A stretch of DNA of 64,000 nt from Octopus vulgaris (taxonomy: Eukaryota). The notes beneath the pieces were generated by a model. The model saw nothing but the letters and a program-made list of their open reading frames with translations. It was not told where the DNA came from and ran no database searches. A program made the position numbers and the translations under genes. Below are positions 42,538 to 55,544 of this stretch, piece after piece (position 1 is the stretch's first letter; each line of letters opens with the position of its first letter). Location: the NCBI GenBank assembly GCA_951406725.2, contig OX597819.1:119784001-119848000 (forward strand), in the 5' to 3' direction.

Positions 42538-42723
42538 GGGAGTTTACGGAAAAAAACAAAAGACGAAGACGAGTGGCGTACAAAACAAACAGATGTATTA
42601 GTATAACGCTCAGGAATAGAAAAAGTCTTATACGTTTCGAGCCTAAGCTCTTCTACAGAAAAGGACACAGAAAAAAACAACGAGAGAAAAAATGTGTATA
42701 TTGGCTAATGATCTATCATGGCG
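42538..42723 (-). mobile_element. repeat family C with HHR-like motif (42627..42662)
   Basis: Reverse complement CTGTAGA-A-GAGC-TTAG-GCTC-GAAACGTA; flanked by TA runs. Confidence 0.72.
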
Positions 42724-43454
42724 TCTATATATATATATGTACACACATACGTATGTGTTAGTATCTTTGTGTCTTCTCCATTCACAGCTTCAATACCGAT
42801 GCCTGTTTAAGTCCCTGTAGATTAGAGATTCATTAAATGGATATGATGAAATTAGTATGAGATTCTAAAGTATTGGAGTCAATTTGTTCCACTGGAATTC
42901 TGAAGGTTGTACTCAAGCATGGCTGCAATAAGTAAGCCAGAAAAACGTAACAGCTAAAAGATAAAAGAAACATGAAATTAAAGAATGTCTCACAGACCAC
43001 TGTTACGTTGTATTTGTGCATTCATTCGAGATCGAATGGAGTGAGCCTCCTATTATTTCTCCTATACGGGGGGCGGGCGTGCATACACGTGAAAGTATAC
43101 TAGAGGAAAATAGCGAAAGAGTCAATCTATTGACAGAATCGTCAGAACGGTGGATAGAGTGTCTAGTTTTATTAACTGTAATTGTTTCAGTCCTGAGATC
43201 AAACACGCCTGGGTCAACTTACCCTTTTCTTTATTTAGATTCTATAAGAAATTTATTAATCCAGGGGAGTAATATATACAGAGGATCAGTATATTTCTTT
43301 ACAAACACATACTTCACACACTCACGCACGCACACAAACACACACGCGCACACACACAACGCAAGTGAAAAATGGATTTGTATAGAGAAAGCTTACAAAG
43401 TCATGACAAAGCCCCGAAAAGTCATACTCGGGACGACTGACAACAGATAATAAT

Positions 43455-44180
43455 TCATTCTTTTATTGGCCACAGGGGCTAATAAAATTCAACATAAAAT
43501 GACATACAATAATATTAAAAGACAAACACCGGACGACACAACGGGTTTTGAAGTTCGTGTATAGAGTGAACAACAGAAAAAATTAAACAAGTAAAAATCC
43601 CAATAGGGAGAGGTGCTTTAATGCTACTCGTGAAAAACCCACAAAGGGCCCTTCTTCTATTTATCACAGGCGCGTGACCAAATGGCTCCATTCACACACC
43701 TCAAGCAGGCTCGGCTGAAGGCACTTCCGTGCCTGTGAAGATTATCCCAAAAAGACATCACCTCCCGGTAGCATTACCAGGCCAGGGACTACTGGAAGTT
43801 ATCCATAGGCCCCGGCCCGAAAGTCTTCAGGAACAGACCGTTCAGTTGATCATCGTCGACGCCCAGTTTTTCCCTAAGAATGTCGTCACTAGTTTCCTCC
43901 ACTAACCCTTTACAGAACGCTTGAGTGGAATTCTCACCGACTTCCTTGCCCGCCTGGGGAGGATTGTGAGAGCTTCGCGGCACTCGAGGTGCCAAGTGTC
44001 CCTCCTCGATCTAAGCCTAATCCAGGATTGTAGCTCAGTCAATGAGACGATCTGTGGAAGAGCGAATCTGACAAACGGCAACCACGCCTACGCACCGTGA
44101 AGGAAACACTGGAGATGCCACAGATTGATCGCATATCTGCGGATCAGCAACCACGGCATGCCCAGGCCCCCATTCAGCGA
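43455..44180 (-). mobile_element. L1/Tx1-like LINE 3' remnant
   Basis: MDNFQ*SLAW*CYREVMSFWDNLHRHGSAFSRACLRC resembles the zf-RVT region; followed by a UTR ending in AATAAA. Confidence 0.6.
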
Positions 44181-44447
44181 CAACTGACAACATATAATAC
44201 TGATAAAACATATATGAGCAGGGTATAAGAACAACGTATTAGATTTCATTCAGTGGCACGGTACTTCAAAACGAAGCGATGATGGAATACAACTCATCAA
44301 CATTCTACATCATGGTATGTAACCGGAATGTTATTGAACCCAGCATCAAGTAATTACAAAGTTATCTTCTTAATCATTCAGTAATTCCTGCGCAGTGTTA
44401 CTAACTGTAATTTAATACCTGAGCTGAAAATTAGATTATTATAATGC

Positions 44448-44484
<37 letters not shown>

Positions 44485-44824
44485 TTTTTTAATCATATTA
44501 AACATTATGCCATAATTAAATAACACTATTTCAAATTATATGATATCTTTAATTAGATTTTTATGTAATATCTAATTTTAATTTTCCCATATCTCCAATT
44601 AAATAACAAGAATAAAAATTTGAATACAATGGAATTACTAATTAAATTTCATATTACAACTGATATTTCATCATATTGATATAGATTCCTACATATTAAT
44701 ATATATTCCTATGCTGTATCAATAGAAATTTCTTAATGTTATTCATTCGTGTTTGTTTTAACATCACAGCAGTCGAGTACAGCTGCCAATGATACAGATG
44801 TTCAGATATTTATGTGAGAAACGG

Positions 44825-44871
44825 AAGTTCTACATAACCAGCATATTCCAACACATACATACATATATATA

Positions 44872-44945
<74 letters not shown>

Positions 44946-44973
44946 GTTGGAATATGCTGGTTATGTAGAACTT
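44825..44973. repeat. palindrome centred on (TA)n
   Basis: AAGTTCTACATAACCAGCATATTCCAACACATACATACA, then (TA)n, then the exact reverse complement. Confidence 0.92.
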
Positions 44974-45201
44974 ATATATATATATATACATATATGCGTA
45001 TACATATATATCTATGTGTGTGTGTGTATGTATATACGTGTATATATATTATAGATGACTGTATGCACGCATGTGCGTATGCATTTACGCATGTAAGTAT
45101 ATACATTTCAGTTTAGCGCCGCTTCGTTGTGATTCTACATACACTAATACGACAGCTTATTTTACGTTTCTGCTATTAATGTTTTATTATGTATATATTA
45201 T

Positions 45202-45243
<42 letters not shown>

Positions 45244-45306
45244 TAAATAAATAGATACATAGATACACACACATGACATATATATGTATATGTGTGCGCG
45301 AGTATG

Positions 45307-45352
<46 letters not shown>

Positions 45353-45429
45353 GTAGTAAACACATAAATGTGAAACAAGCTGGAAAAAAGAGTACTCAAA
45401 TATCAGTGGTAGAGTAATATATATATATA

Positions 45430-45950
45430 TGGTAAATCCTCGAGTATAGTCCGCCCTTGAGTATAATACGCAGGACATTTTTAGGCTGCTGTAGCGCTGA
45501 AAAACATAAACCTTGTGTATAATACGCACCCCTTCTCTAATTTGAATCGTGCGTAATTAAGCCAGCAGCACCTAGTTGAACAGAAACTTCCGCGCATGTG
45601 TAATACAATAATGGTGATGTTCATATCTGTTGTATGAGAATGTAAATATGTTTGCAATTTTTTTTGCTACAGGTTATTCTGTGTTCTGAATAGTTTTATT
45701 TTAATAAATGTTGCTTACTGCAAGTTATGGATGATTATTTTATGACTTCATTGCTTTCAGGCTTAGCTTAAAGTATTTTCGCGCCCGACATCGCAAAATG
45801 CGTCTGTATAAACGTTGCTGGACAGCAAATAGAGATTCGGACATTGCTCAGATAATATTTTTCCTTTTTAACTTCGTATATAGTACCCACTAGGGATTTT
45901 GACCTTTAAATTTTTGAGAAAAAATGTGGATTATATTCGAGGATTTACGG
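45430..45950. mobile_element. non-autonomous Tc2/pogo-like MITE
   Basis: TIRs GTAAATCCTCGAGTATAGTCC and GGATTATATTCGAGGATTTACGG; internal GTATAATACGCA repeats; TA flanks. Confidence 0.78.
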
Positions 45951-47218
45951 TATATATATATATAATCCCACAAAATAAGTAAAGTAGAAAATTGTATTCA
46001 GATAAGGAGATCTCACAGTAAGGAATCCTGTAAGTGATAAAGATTTCCTAAACGTATCCAGAATCATGTAGATACATGAACAGATGATCTACTTTCCTCT
46101 ATTCTACAGCTCTATAAAAATATATACAATTGTACTATATAATGCCAAATCTGCATGTCGTTGTAAAATGAGCGTATATAATTTAGAAAGAAGGAAATTA
46201 ATAATACTACATTGAGAAGTTTAGAAAACTCTGCAATCATACGGAAATCATACGAAATAATAGATTTCTGTTCACCTCTAGTCAGGAAGTACAAAATTGT
46301 TCTGGGTTAGCTTCTATGCATCGAGAGACCAGCGATGTGTAGTGTGATAGACTTAGTTAATACGGCTCTACCTTGTTGGAAAATGAGAGATTAAATGGGA
46401 GATTAAAGCGTTTGGGGAGTATAAATGTATGTGACAGGGTGCAGCGTTAAGGACAGTGGTTTCAATCTTTATTTGGAGATGAACATGATGTGTATATATA
46501 TGGAACGAGTAGACTATTCGAGTGAAGAAGCAACGGCTGGATGGGATTACCTTAGGCGTAAAATATGGGGATAGACACCAAGAGGGATATTAATGCGGAG
46601 GCTTTCTCCTTGGGAATAATACTCAAAGAACCAATATTTAATCGAAAGCATGTTAAGATAAGTCTTCAGAGATCGTGAAGTTGCTTTTGGCTAGACATTC
46701 AAAAGATCGGCTGCAAATTTAAAGGTGAATGATCATGAGAGAACTGTGATGCAAGACAGAATTTTCGCCAGCCAGGCAATTGTGTAAATAGGAACTTCAC
46801 TGCCGGATGACTTAAACCCAGATCTTCGTAGGGAATGACATCCTCTTGGTGTTTTAGATCTTGCAGACCGATTCTTCACTGAAGCGATTCAGTGCACGTA
46901 CGAGGTTGCTACCACACAACCAATGCCTTTCAATTTCTGGAAAGAACAATAATCCTATAAGTGGTACATCATAGCTGATTGCGATGAAAGTCAAGAAAAT
47001 CCCTACCCATATTCAGAAAGAGTGAATGAGGAAGAAATAGGAAAATAATGGACGTTAATACATGTCTAGTATTTAGACCATGTTAGAGAGTAATACGGAA
47101 GAATGGACAACGGCGAAATTAATGCGTGTGCCCATGATTTTCTGCGAATTATGTAAAATTATGTAAATGAGATCTCCTTACCTGAAAACAATTTTCTGCG
47201 ACTCTAAATATGTATATA

Positions 47219-48330
47219 CAAAGTTCATAGGCTGACTATGAAGGGATAATACTAGAGCTATGAAACCTTGCATGTATTAATTTAATCTCTTCACATTAAG
47301 GACTGCATTACTTCTGTTAGGTAAACTGTTTAAATAATTCTTCAAATATGACCAGGCATTGTAATGTTACCAAGAACCCAGAGAAAAAGAGTTTAGTCCC
47401 AAACGACATTCATGCTAATATGACTGCTACATTAGGGGATGACTCTCTGTCTTTATCAACATTGAAAACGTGGACATCTGAATTGACGAGAGGAAGGGAG
47501 AGTCTTGAAAATTCCCCGAGGTATGGACAGCTTGCAACTGCCACCACCGAAGATAACATCACTCGTGTTCACCACTCTGTAATGATGAAAGGCGATTAAC
47601 TATAAATCAAACAACTAATGTTATTAGATTACCCATGAGAGAGCTGAGAATCTTCTGCACAATTATATTGGCATGACAAAAGTTTCTGTTCTGTGGGCGC
47701 CAGATCTTCTGACTCATGATCAAAAGTGTACCCGGCTGATCAAATCACGGAAAAATCTGATATTGATTTTGGTAGATCCAGCTGGTTTCCTTCCCATTTG
47801 TTCCACAGATGATCGAAGTCGCTTCATCTTTTGAGAGCGTGATGGCCTCCGTTTTGGGAATGCAAAGGACATTAGGCTTCTTGTCTATCTTCAACAGGCC
47901 ACACCATCAATATGTTGTACTACGCCAATTTGCTGAGACAGAAGCAAAATGCCCATCAAATCTGACGAAAGAGGTATTGTTTCATGAGGATAATGCTCCA
48001 GTACACATATCGTTGTTTTCAGTGGCTGCTGTTTGTGACTAAGATTTTCAACTGGTTCATCGCATCTTTAATCTCTTGATTTGATGCTGACTATTTTTGC
48101 TTCCCAACATGATAAAACGATTCGTTGGGAGGTAGAATCGTACTAATGATATCGTTACGTCTACTCTTGATATCTTTTTGATAAAGAAATTGAAAGACTT
48201 TTCATCAGCGGGATCCAAGTAATGTAACACTGAAGGAAGAAGTGCATGAACCGCAAGAGGGATTATGCCGAGAAATTTATCTAATTTGGTGATATTCCAT
48301 GAGAGTATCTTCGTCAGTCTATGAATCTAT
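47219..48330 (+). mobile_element. decayed mariner (irritans/Hsmar2-like)
   Basis: Ends TTCATAGGCTGAC and GTCAGTCTATGAA; DIHANMTATLGDDSLSLSTLKTW...RGRESLEN, LFHEDNAPVH. Confidence 0.8.
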
Positions 48331-48357
48331 CAGCCGACATGCGTGTATATGTATATG

Positions 48358-48457
<100 letters not shown>

Positions 48458-48472
48458 CATTTCCGATGGCCA

Positions 48473-48533
48473 GATAACTGAAGACAGGGCAGCGTGGATT
48501 TCCGCCTCGCTATCCGAAACTCAGAGTTTTATC
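48473..48533 (+). ncRNA. type I hammerhead-like motif
   Basis: GATAA-CTGAAGA-CA-GGGCAGCG...CGCTATCC-GAAA-CTCAGAG-TT-TTATC; two extra nucleotides before stem II. Confidence 0.6.
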
Positions 48534-48997
48534 ATGACTACCGAATACTTGTCACATATTATATTTACAGATAAATTCCTCTATTTACATAATTTTACAT
48601 AATTTTAAATAAGATATAGAATCGCCATTATTGAATCAGCGTATTTCTTTTATAATACATTAATTCTTGTAATTCAATATATTAAAAGGAAAATTGGGAA
48701 GAAAATCTAATATACATTACATCGTGCATTGTCGTAAGAAATCTATACATGTTAGTTATATGGTTGAATATTTTTATGTGTATGTTTGCGTATGGCTATG
48801 TATGTATAAATATGTGAGAGTCAGTACGAGAGACAAAGAAAGATTCGTACTATGACTGTATATTCTCATACTTGAACGTATTCGTATACGGGGTTGCCGG
48901 CAGAGGAGACTGTTGATGTTTTTTTTTCTTTTCCACGCATCATATATTGATTTCATGATGAAGTCCATATATTTTAGATTAGAACACACACACACAC

Positions 48998-49062
<65 letters not shown>

Positions 49063-49424
49063 GAAACAAACAGACACAGAGATATACGCACATGTATGTA
49101 TACACATGTAAATGATCGTATGTATGTGTGTTTCAGTGGTGTATGTGTATGTGAGACTGTGTACAAGTCACATAGTCGAGCTGTTTGCGACTAACCCGGC
49201 AATTCATGGCTAGTGGTATATCGTCGGACAACCTGCAGGAGGAAAATCAAGGCCTGTCAAATGATGGCTGAATTCAATACGGTCAGTGGCCATCCAACTG
49301 CTGTGTATGGGAGACACCCAATCTTCGTTTAAATATCACTGTATGAAAAGGAAAACTCCGAGATAAAACCGACAACTTTGTTTGCATCCAATTATATAGA
49401 CATTTCTGCTTATCTACATTAGTT

Positions 49425-49582
49425 ACATTATTTATATTTGACGGATATTTGTCCTCATCTTGTTTGTTGTTAACACACCGTTTGGGCTGATATACCTTCT
49501 AGCCCACGGGCATATGGCGTAGTGGTTAAGAGGGCGGGCTACTAACTCCAAGATTCCGAGTTCGATTCCAGGCAGTGACCTG

Positions 49583-49629
<47 letters not shown>

Positions 49630-49653
49630 CAACAACAACAACATCGAAAATAC
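49425..49653 (+). mobile_element. second copy of the tRNA-headed HHR element with an inverted 3' tail at its 5' end
   Basis: 49425..49504 is the 3' tail plus half of the HHR on the minus strand; 49505..49653 is the head (TGGCGTAGTGG, GAGTTCGATTCC), (AAT)n and AACATCGAAAATA on the plus strand; then a mariner follows. Confidence 0.8.
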
Positions 49654-49654
49654 G

Positions 49655-50472
49655 TTCATTCGGTCATTCAATGATACCTGCGTGTGATCGGAAATTCAAT
49701 AAATTGGGTCAATGTGTTCCTCACAAACTTTCTGTGTCTAATCACGCGCAGAGAGTGAACGTGTGCTCTTCTTTGCTGTCACTTCTCACGAATGAACACA
49801 TTTTGGACAGAATTGTGACTGAAGACGAGAAATGGGTCCTCTATAAAGATTTCAAGCGCCGAAGACAGTGGGTAGGAAAAGGAGAAACACCTGCACACCA
49901 AGCTAAAAAAAAGGTCTTCACCCATGTAAGGTGTTATTATCAGTTCGGCGGGATATGAAAGGTTTGGTCCACTTTGAACTTTTAAACGCAAACTAAATGA
50001 TAACAAAGGAGTTCTACTGTGAGTAACTTGAGCTGCTTAAGTCAGCACGAGAAGAAAAACGACCCTCTTTGGTTTCAAGATGAAAGGTATTCTTCCATCA
50101 GGATAATGCTCTGCTACATACCGCAAGGATGACATTCCAAAGGCTGGTGCAGTTTGAATAGGAAACGATGTCCCACCCACCATATTTTCCGGACATTGCT
50201 CCATCTAATTATCATTTATTCCGCAGTCTTCAAAATCATTTGGACGGAGAAAAGTACGAAGTTTGTAGACGATATCCCAACAATACTGGAGGAATATTTG
50301 TCGTCACGGACAAGTGAATTTTGGAAGCAACCCCTTGCAAGTCTACCAGTTATATGGAAGAACATTGTAGAAAGCGAAGGAGAGTATATTTTTGATTATA
50401 AAGAAAATTTGTTTATTTTAATTTTGAAAAGTAAAAGTATTAAGGAAACGCATTACTTATGGGATGACCCAG
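49655..50472 (+). mobile_element. mariner, 5'-truncated and decayed
   Basis: GQCVPHKL, DRIVTEDEKW, FHQDNA, HPPYFPDIAPSNYHLFRSL; right end ATTACTTATGGGATGACCCAG followed by (TA)n. Confidence 0.88.
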
Positions 50473-50500
50473 TATATATATATATATATATTTATATAAA

Positions 50501-50700
50501 TTAATCCAAACAAGAAAACAAAAAGACAACAACGCAAGGATGTGGAACAAATAAAGTATTATTGGACGCTCAGGAAAGAAGGGAAGAAGGAGGGTTTGAC
50601 GTTTCGAGCGGAGCTCTTCGTCGGAAACATAGGAGAAGGAAAGATCCCGAGACGGGAGGACAGAGGAAAAAAATCGCCGGTGGTATTCACGAGGTCACAT
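50501..50700 (-). mobile_element. short PLE-like 3'-end repeat family D with HHR motif (50594..50628)
   Basis: GTTT-CCGACGA-A-GAGC-TCC-GCTC-GAAACGTC-AAAC; matches 61002..61218; TA-rich flanks. Confidence 0.78.
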
Positions 50701-51598
50701 ACTATATATAGGTATATGAATGTGTCTTCATAAAAACGAGTGGCCAGATGGCTAGGGTGTTGCAAAAGTAATTTTTCGATTCACGAACAGGGGAAGTCGT
50801 TGTATTTGTGAGGAAGTCACTTTATTGCACGCTGCTTCAGCCCAATCAGCTGTGAATGGAAAACATTGCGACGTACCAGGGTTCAGTATAGAGGCATAGT
50901 TGTAGAACTGTACTAGTCTCTAGTTTCTGTGAATTCAAGTACGTATATTTTAAGCAGAAATTCATAGAACCATATATTGTAATGGAATGAATGCCCATGG
51001 CTGTCTAGTTATCACATCACGTTCCAACCATGTGGTTTCGGGTTCGATCCCACTGCGTAACACCTTGAGTAAGGTTTTTCTATAGCCCTATGCCATCCAG
51101 ACTTGAGCGCCTGGAAAACGGAGTGGAATAATTCGGGAGCTACGGAAATGATTTACAATATCAGAAAGTCTAGTCTACAGTAGTGCTACTATTCATACAC
51201 ATATATACATATATGTACAGGTAGACACATATATGTGAGTAAAAATTTATGTACGTATGTATATTATCATTATTATCATAATTAGAAATTAGCTTGTAAC
51301 TTATGAATTTTATATAAAATATAAATATTTTCCTAACGGTAATTATAGAAATGCAGGTGTTCAACCATTCAGTGTTATACAAACACACACACACATTTAT
51401 AGACATTTATAGACGAGTGTATGTGTGTATCAATTTGTACGGCCGTATGTACATGTAGAATGGTGAAATACAAGAACACCTACAATTTTATATACATAAG
51501 GAGATAAAACGAAAGACAGGATTCCATATTATACATTTACATAAGAATATCAGGGCATAAGCATGAGAATCATAACTGTAAACATAATCCTCCATACG

Positions 51599-51663
<65 letters not shown>

Positions 51664-51690
51664 CTTATATATGTTTATTTATGTGTCTCG

Positions 51691-51747
<57 letters not shown>

Positions 51748-52369
51748 TGTCTCTGTGTGTATGTCTGTGTATGTATATACACGTTTACGTACATATACAT
51801 ATATACATGACAGCGTGTGTGCGCTGACATAATATATGATAAAAGATAACCTATATCTGACCTCTGTTGGGCATCTGCGAAAGAAACCTTAAATTGAATG
51901 AACACTAGCAAACTATTCGAATAATCATCGACACGTTTTCACAGTTTTGAGTATTTATGGGTTCGCTATAGAGGTCAGTAGAGGATTTTCTTTCGGAATA
52001 GGAACAGATATCCGCCTATATATATGCTGATAATGATGTATTTTTCACCATTTTTTATCCAGTACAATGTTACTAAACCAAACCGGTTGTTTATATAAGC
52101 AGTTTTCGATTAATCTGACGCGGAATGCGAACAGAATATTTAACTTGCACAAAATCAGATTTTAGTAGATGCTATCTCACTGTATTTAACGCTATGCTGT
52201 AATTTCTGTCTCTTTAAAACACTACAACCCACTGCGATACTAGCATCTTACATGTATTTTTATGTGTTTCTTGAGGATTGTACATGCGTACATGTCTGTG
52301 AAACAGTAAAAGTGCGGTCAACACTTTCGTACGTATATGTTTGTGTTTGCAGGGAGAGAAAGAGGGAGA

Positions 52370-52400
<31 letters not shown>

Positions 52401-52521
52401 TGAGATGCAATATTTTACAAAAGTCATATATAATAATATATATACCTAGATATATATAACTAGGTACATAAATCGCTGGTATGTTAGTGTACTTTACTGC
52501 ATCAGTAACAGAAATTATTTG

Positions 52522-52557
<36 letters not shown>

Positions 52558-52646
52558 CAAATAATTTTATATATATATATATATGAATGTATATGTCATT
52601 AATATACTGACACCAGTGAATTCGTAGATAATTTACATTACAGATA

Positions 52647-52810
52647 TGCGCAGGAGTGGTTGTGCGTTAAGAAGCTGCTTCCCAACCACTTGGTTACGGG
52701 TTCAGTCCCACTGGATGGCACTTTGGACACGTGTCGTCTACTATAGACTCAGGCCAACCAAGGCCATGTGAGTGGATTTAATACACAGAAACTGAAAGAA
52801 ACCAATCGTG
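52647..52810 (+). mobile_element. SINE family A, 5' half
   Basis: GCGCAGGAGTGGTTGTGCG...GGGTTCAGTCCCACTG...GAAACTGAAAGAA followed by microsatellite. Confidence 0.8.
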
Positions 52811-52851
52811 TGTATATTTATATATACATACATTCATATATATGCATATTC

Positions 52852-52912
<61 letters not shown>

Positions 52913-52966
52913 AATATGCATATCTATGTATGTATGTATGTATATGTATATATATATGTGCATATT

Positions 52967-53011
<45 letters not shown>

Positions 53012-53056
53012 GCTAAATAATTTATTACTATTGCTATGTGTATATATACAAATATG

Positions 53057-53126
<70 letters not shown>

Positions 53127-54083
53127 CAGACAGTCAGACAAATATGAGTTACAACTATTCTTCCGCTTTGTGACTTATTTGGAGGAACTTGTTCATCTTT
53201 CCTGTAATGTGGTTTGGATTTGCTTGAGTTAATGCATTTAATGTACGCTATATTTGCTTTCGCTAGGTATTTTGCGTCGCGTCCACTGTTATTGTCAAAT
53301 CAAAAACTAATATTTTGCTATGAAATCGCTAAGTCATAAACATGTCTGCATCCATTGAACAAACTTCCGATAAGAAACATTATCTGAAATATATAGGTAA
53401 CCATGGAAGTTGAAACATTCATAATTCTAAAACTCAGATCGGCCATACATGTACAAACATTTCATACTGACTCATGATATGTTTACAGTAGCCATTCACA
53501 TAGCAATATATGACAAATAATAAAACAAAATTTGAATGGGAGATATTACTTTTTATCACATGTGTGCTATACTTTATATGACACATAAAACTAAACAATG
53601 AATGATATACTATAAATATATATTTATAGCTATATGTAATACAGGAATTAATTGAATGATGGCCATTCACTCTAGGCTGAAACAAAACTGAATTTGGAGT
53701 ATATTAGTTTAGAAACAAACCCGAGGGTATTAACATAGCTAGCATCATAACCTCGTTATTCTGATCACCGACGAGAATAGAAAAGCAATCACTGGCGAAT
53801 CAACGAAAGAAAACAAGCCCCAGTTTTAAAATGAGGAAAAAAATCTAATCCCGGAAAAAAAATCTAATCCCGAAAATAGTAATCTCTTATGAATCAAAAA
53901 CAAATAGAAAATGATGTTTTAGCATAGGCGTAGGCGTAGCTTTCAGGTGAGAATTTTGCTTTGCAACCACTGGACCTAGGTTCTGTTCCATTACGCAGCA
54001 CCTTGCGGCGACCAAAGCCTTATGAATGGACTTCGTAGTCGAACACTGAAAACATCCGTCGCATATTATATATATATATATAT

Positions 54084-54479
54084 AGGAGTGGCTGTGTGGT
54101 AAGTAGCTTGCTAACCAACCACATGGTTCCGAGTTCAGTCCCACTGCGTGGCATCTTGGGCAAGTGTCTTCTGCTATAGACCCGGGCCGACTAATGCCTT
54201 GTGAGTGGATTATAGTAGACGGGAACTGAAAGAAGCCTGTCGTATATATATATATATATATGTGTGCATGTGTTTGTGTCTCTGTGATGGTCCCCCTAGC
54301 ATTGCTTGACAACCGATGCTGGTGTGTTTACGTCCCCGTCACTTAACGGTTTGGCAAAAGAGACCGATAGAATAAGTACTGGGCTTACAAAGAACAAGTC
54401 TCGGGTCGATGTGCTCGACTAAAGGCGGTGCTCCAGCATGGCCGCTGTCAAATGACTGAAACAAGTAAAAGAGAGAGAA

Positions 54480-54480
<1 letters not shown>
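54084..54480 (+). mobile_element. SINE family A, preceded by an older 5' half at 53926..54062
   Basis: Nearly full-length match to the other copies. Confidence 0.92.
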
Positions 54481-54549
<69 letters not shown>

Positions 54550-54577
54550 ATATCTATATATATATATATATATATAT

Positions 54578-54957
54578 ATAAATGAAAGAATGGAGTCGAA
54601 CGACGCTTTAACAAAATTCCTTTATTCTCGACATATGTTTCGAAGACTGCATATTCCTAATTTCGAAGGAATAAGGGGTGCATTATGCCGCCTTCTCATC
54701 AGGAAAGACAAGGAACTTATGTCAGCATCATGCTGAACAAAAACTTTTAGATGACTGCCCACACGGAGTTCATTATCACTATGGACTCCGTGTGGGCAGT
54801 CATCTAAAAGTTTTTGTTCATCATGATGCTGACATAAGTTCCTTGTCTTTCCTGATGAGAAGGCGGCATAATGCACCCCTTATTCCTTCGAAATTAGGAA
54901 TATGCAGTCTTCGAAACTGCATATTAAATCGTCGTTCGACTCCATTCTTTCATTTAT
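54578..54957. repeat. 380-bp head-to-head palindrome of an HHR-bearing repeat
   Basis: Inner arms 54637..54773 and 54781..54917 (137 bp, 2 mismatches, 7-nt centre); outer arms 54578..54605 and 54930..54957. Confidence 0.95.
54626..54706 (-). ncRNA. type I hammerhead ribozyme motif with GUC site and long stem II
   Basis: TTTC-CTGATGA-GAAGGC-G-GCATA...TATGC-A-GTCTTC-GAAA-CATATG-TC-GAGA. Confidence 0.82.
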
Positions 54958-55481
54958 TTATAGTAAAAAAAACACAAATTTCCACACGAAAGCACGTGAT
55001 CTCTGCCCTTGGCAGTAGCTTCAACCGTGTTTTCTGACGTGAATATGCTACCCGGGTATCGGTTAACCGAATTATCCATACTAGGATAATTCATTCAACT
55101 ACTATATATATATATATATATACACGAATAAGCGTACAAACGAAAGGAAAAGGCATCCATGTATTAAGGAGTTACATATATAATAGAAACTCAGTTCATT
55201 CACGCTCGTGTTACTGAATTCTGACCTTATGCTGAAGTAATATAACTCCTGCAAAATACATATATGAACATACCTACATATATATGTATATATACATGCA
55301 TATATGGGTACAATACATCAAATAAACGATGAACACAATGAGAAACAAGAACATCAAAACAAAAACATAGAAAGGAACTTTTTACAAACAACGAAAAAAA
55401 ACAGTAAAACGAGACATACAACATAAAGAATATTCCCCTTCTTCAGTTGTCCCTGTTTCATCTACTCAGCGTTTCTACTCT

Positions 55482-55544
55482 GCAAGTATGTATTGACATT
55501 TTTCTTTCCTTTAAAAATGGACGCGAACTTTCCGGACAACCCAA
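55482..55544 (+). mobile_element. solo terminal fragment of the 33197 mariner family
   Basis: TTTTTCTTTCCTTTAAAAAT...GAACTTTCCGGACAACCCAA-TA. Confidence 0.8.

Noticed and set aside
54622-55037. Mirror-image ORFs on both strands (HYAAFSSGK...)
   Set aside because: A by-product of the palindrome; no protein similarity recognised.
55405-55480. Minus-strand CTGAAGA with GGGACA/TGTCTC flanks
   Set aside because: No GAAA in the required position.
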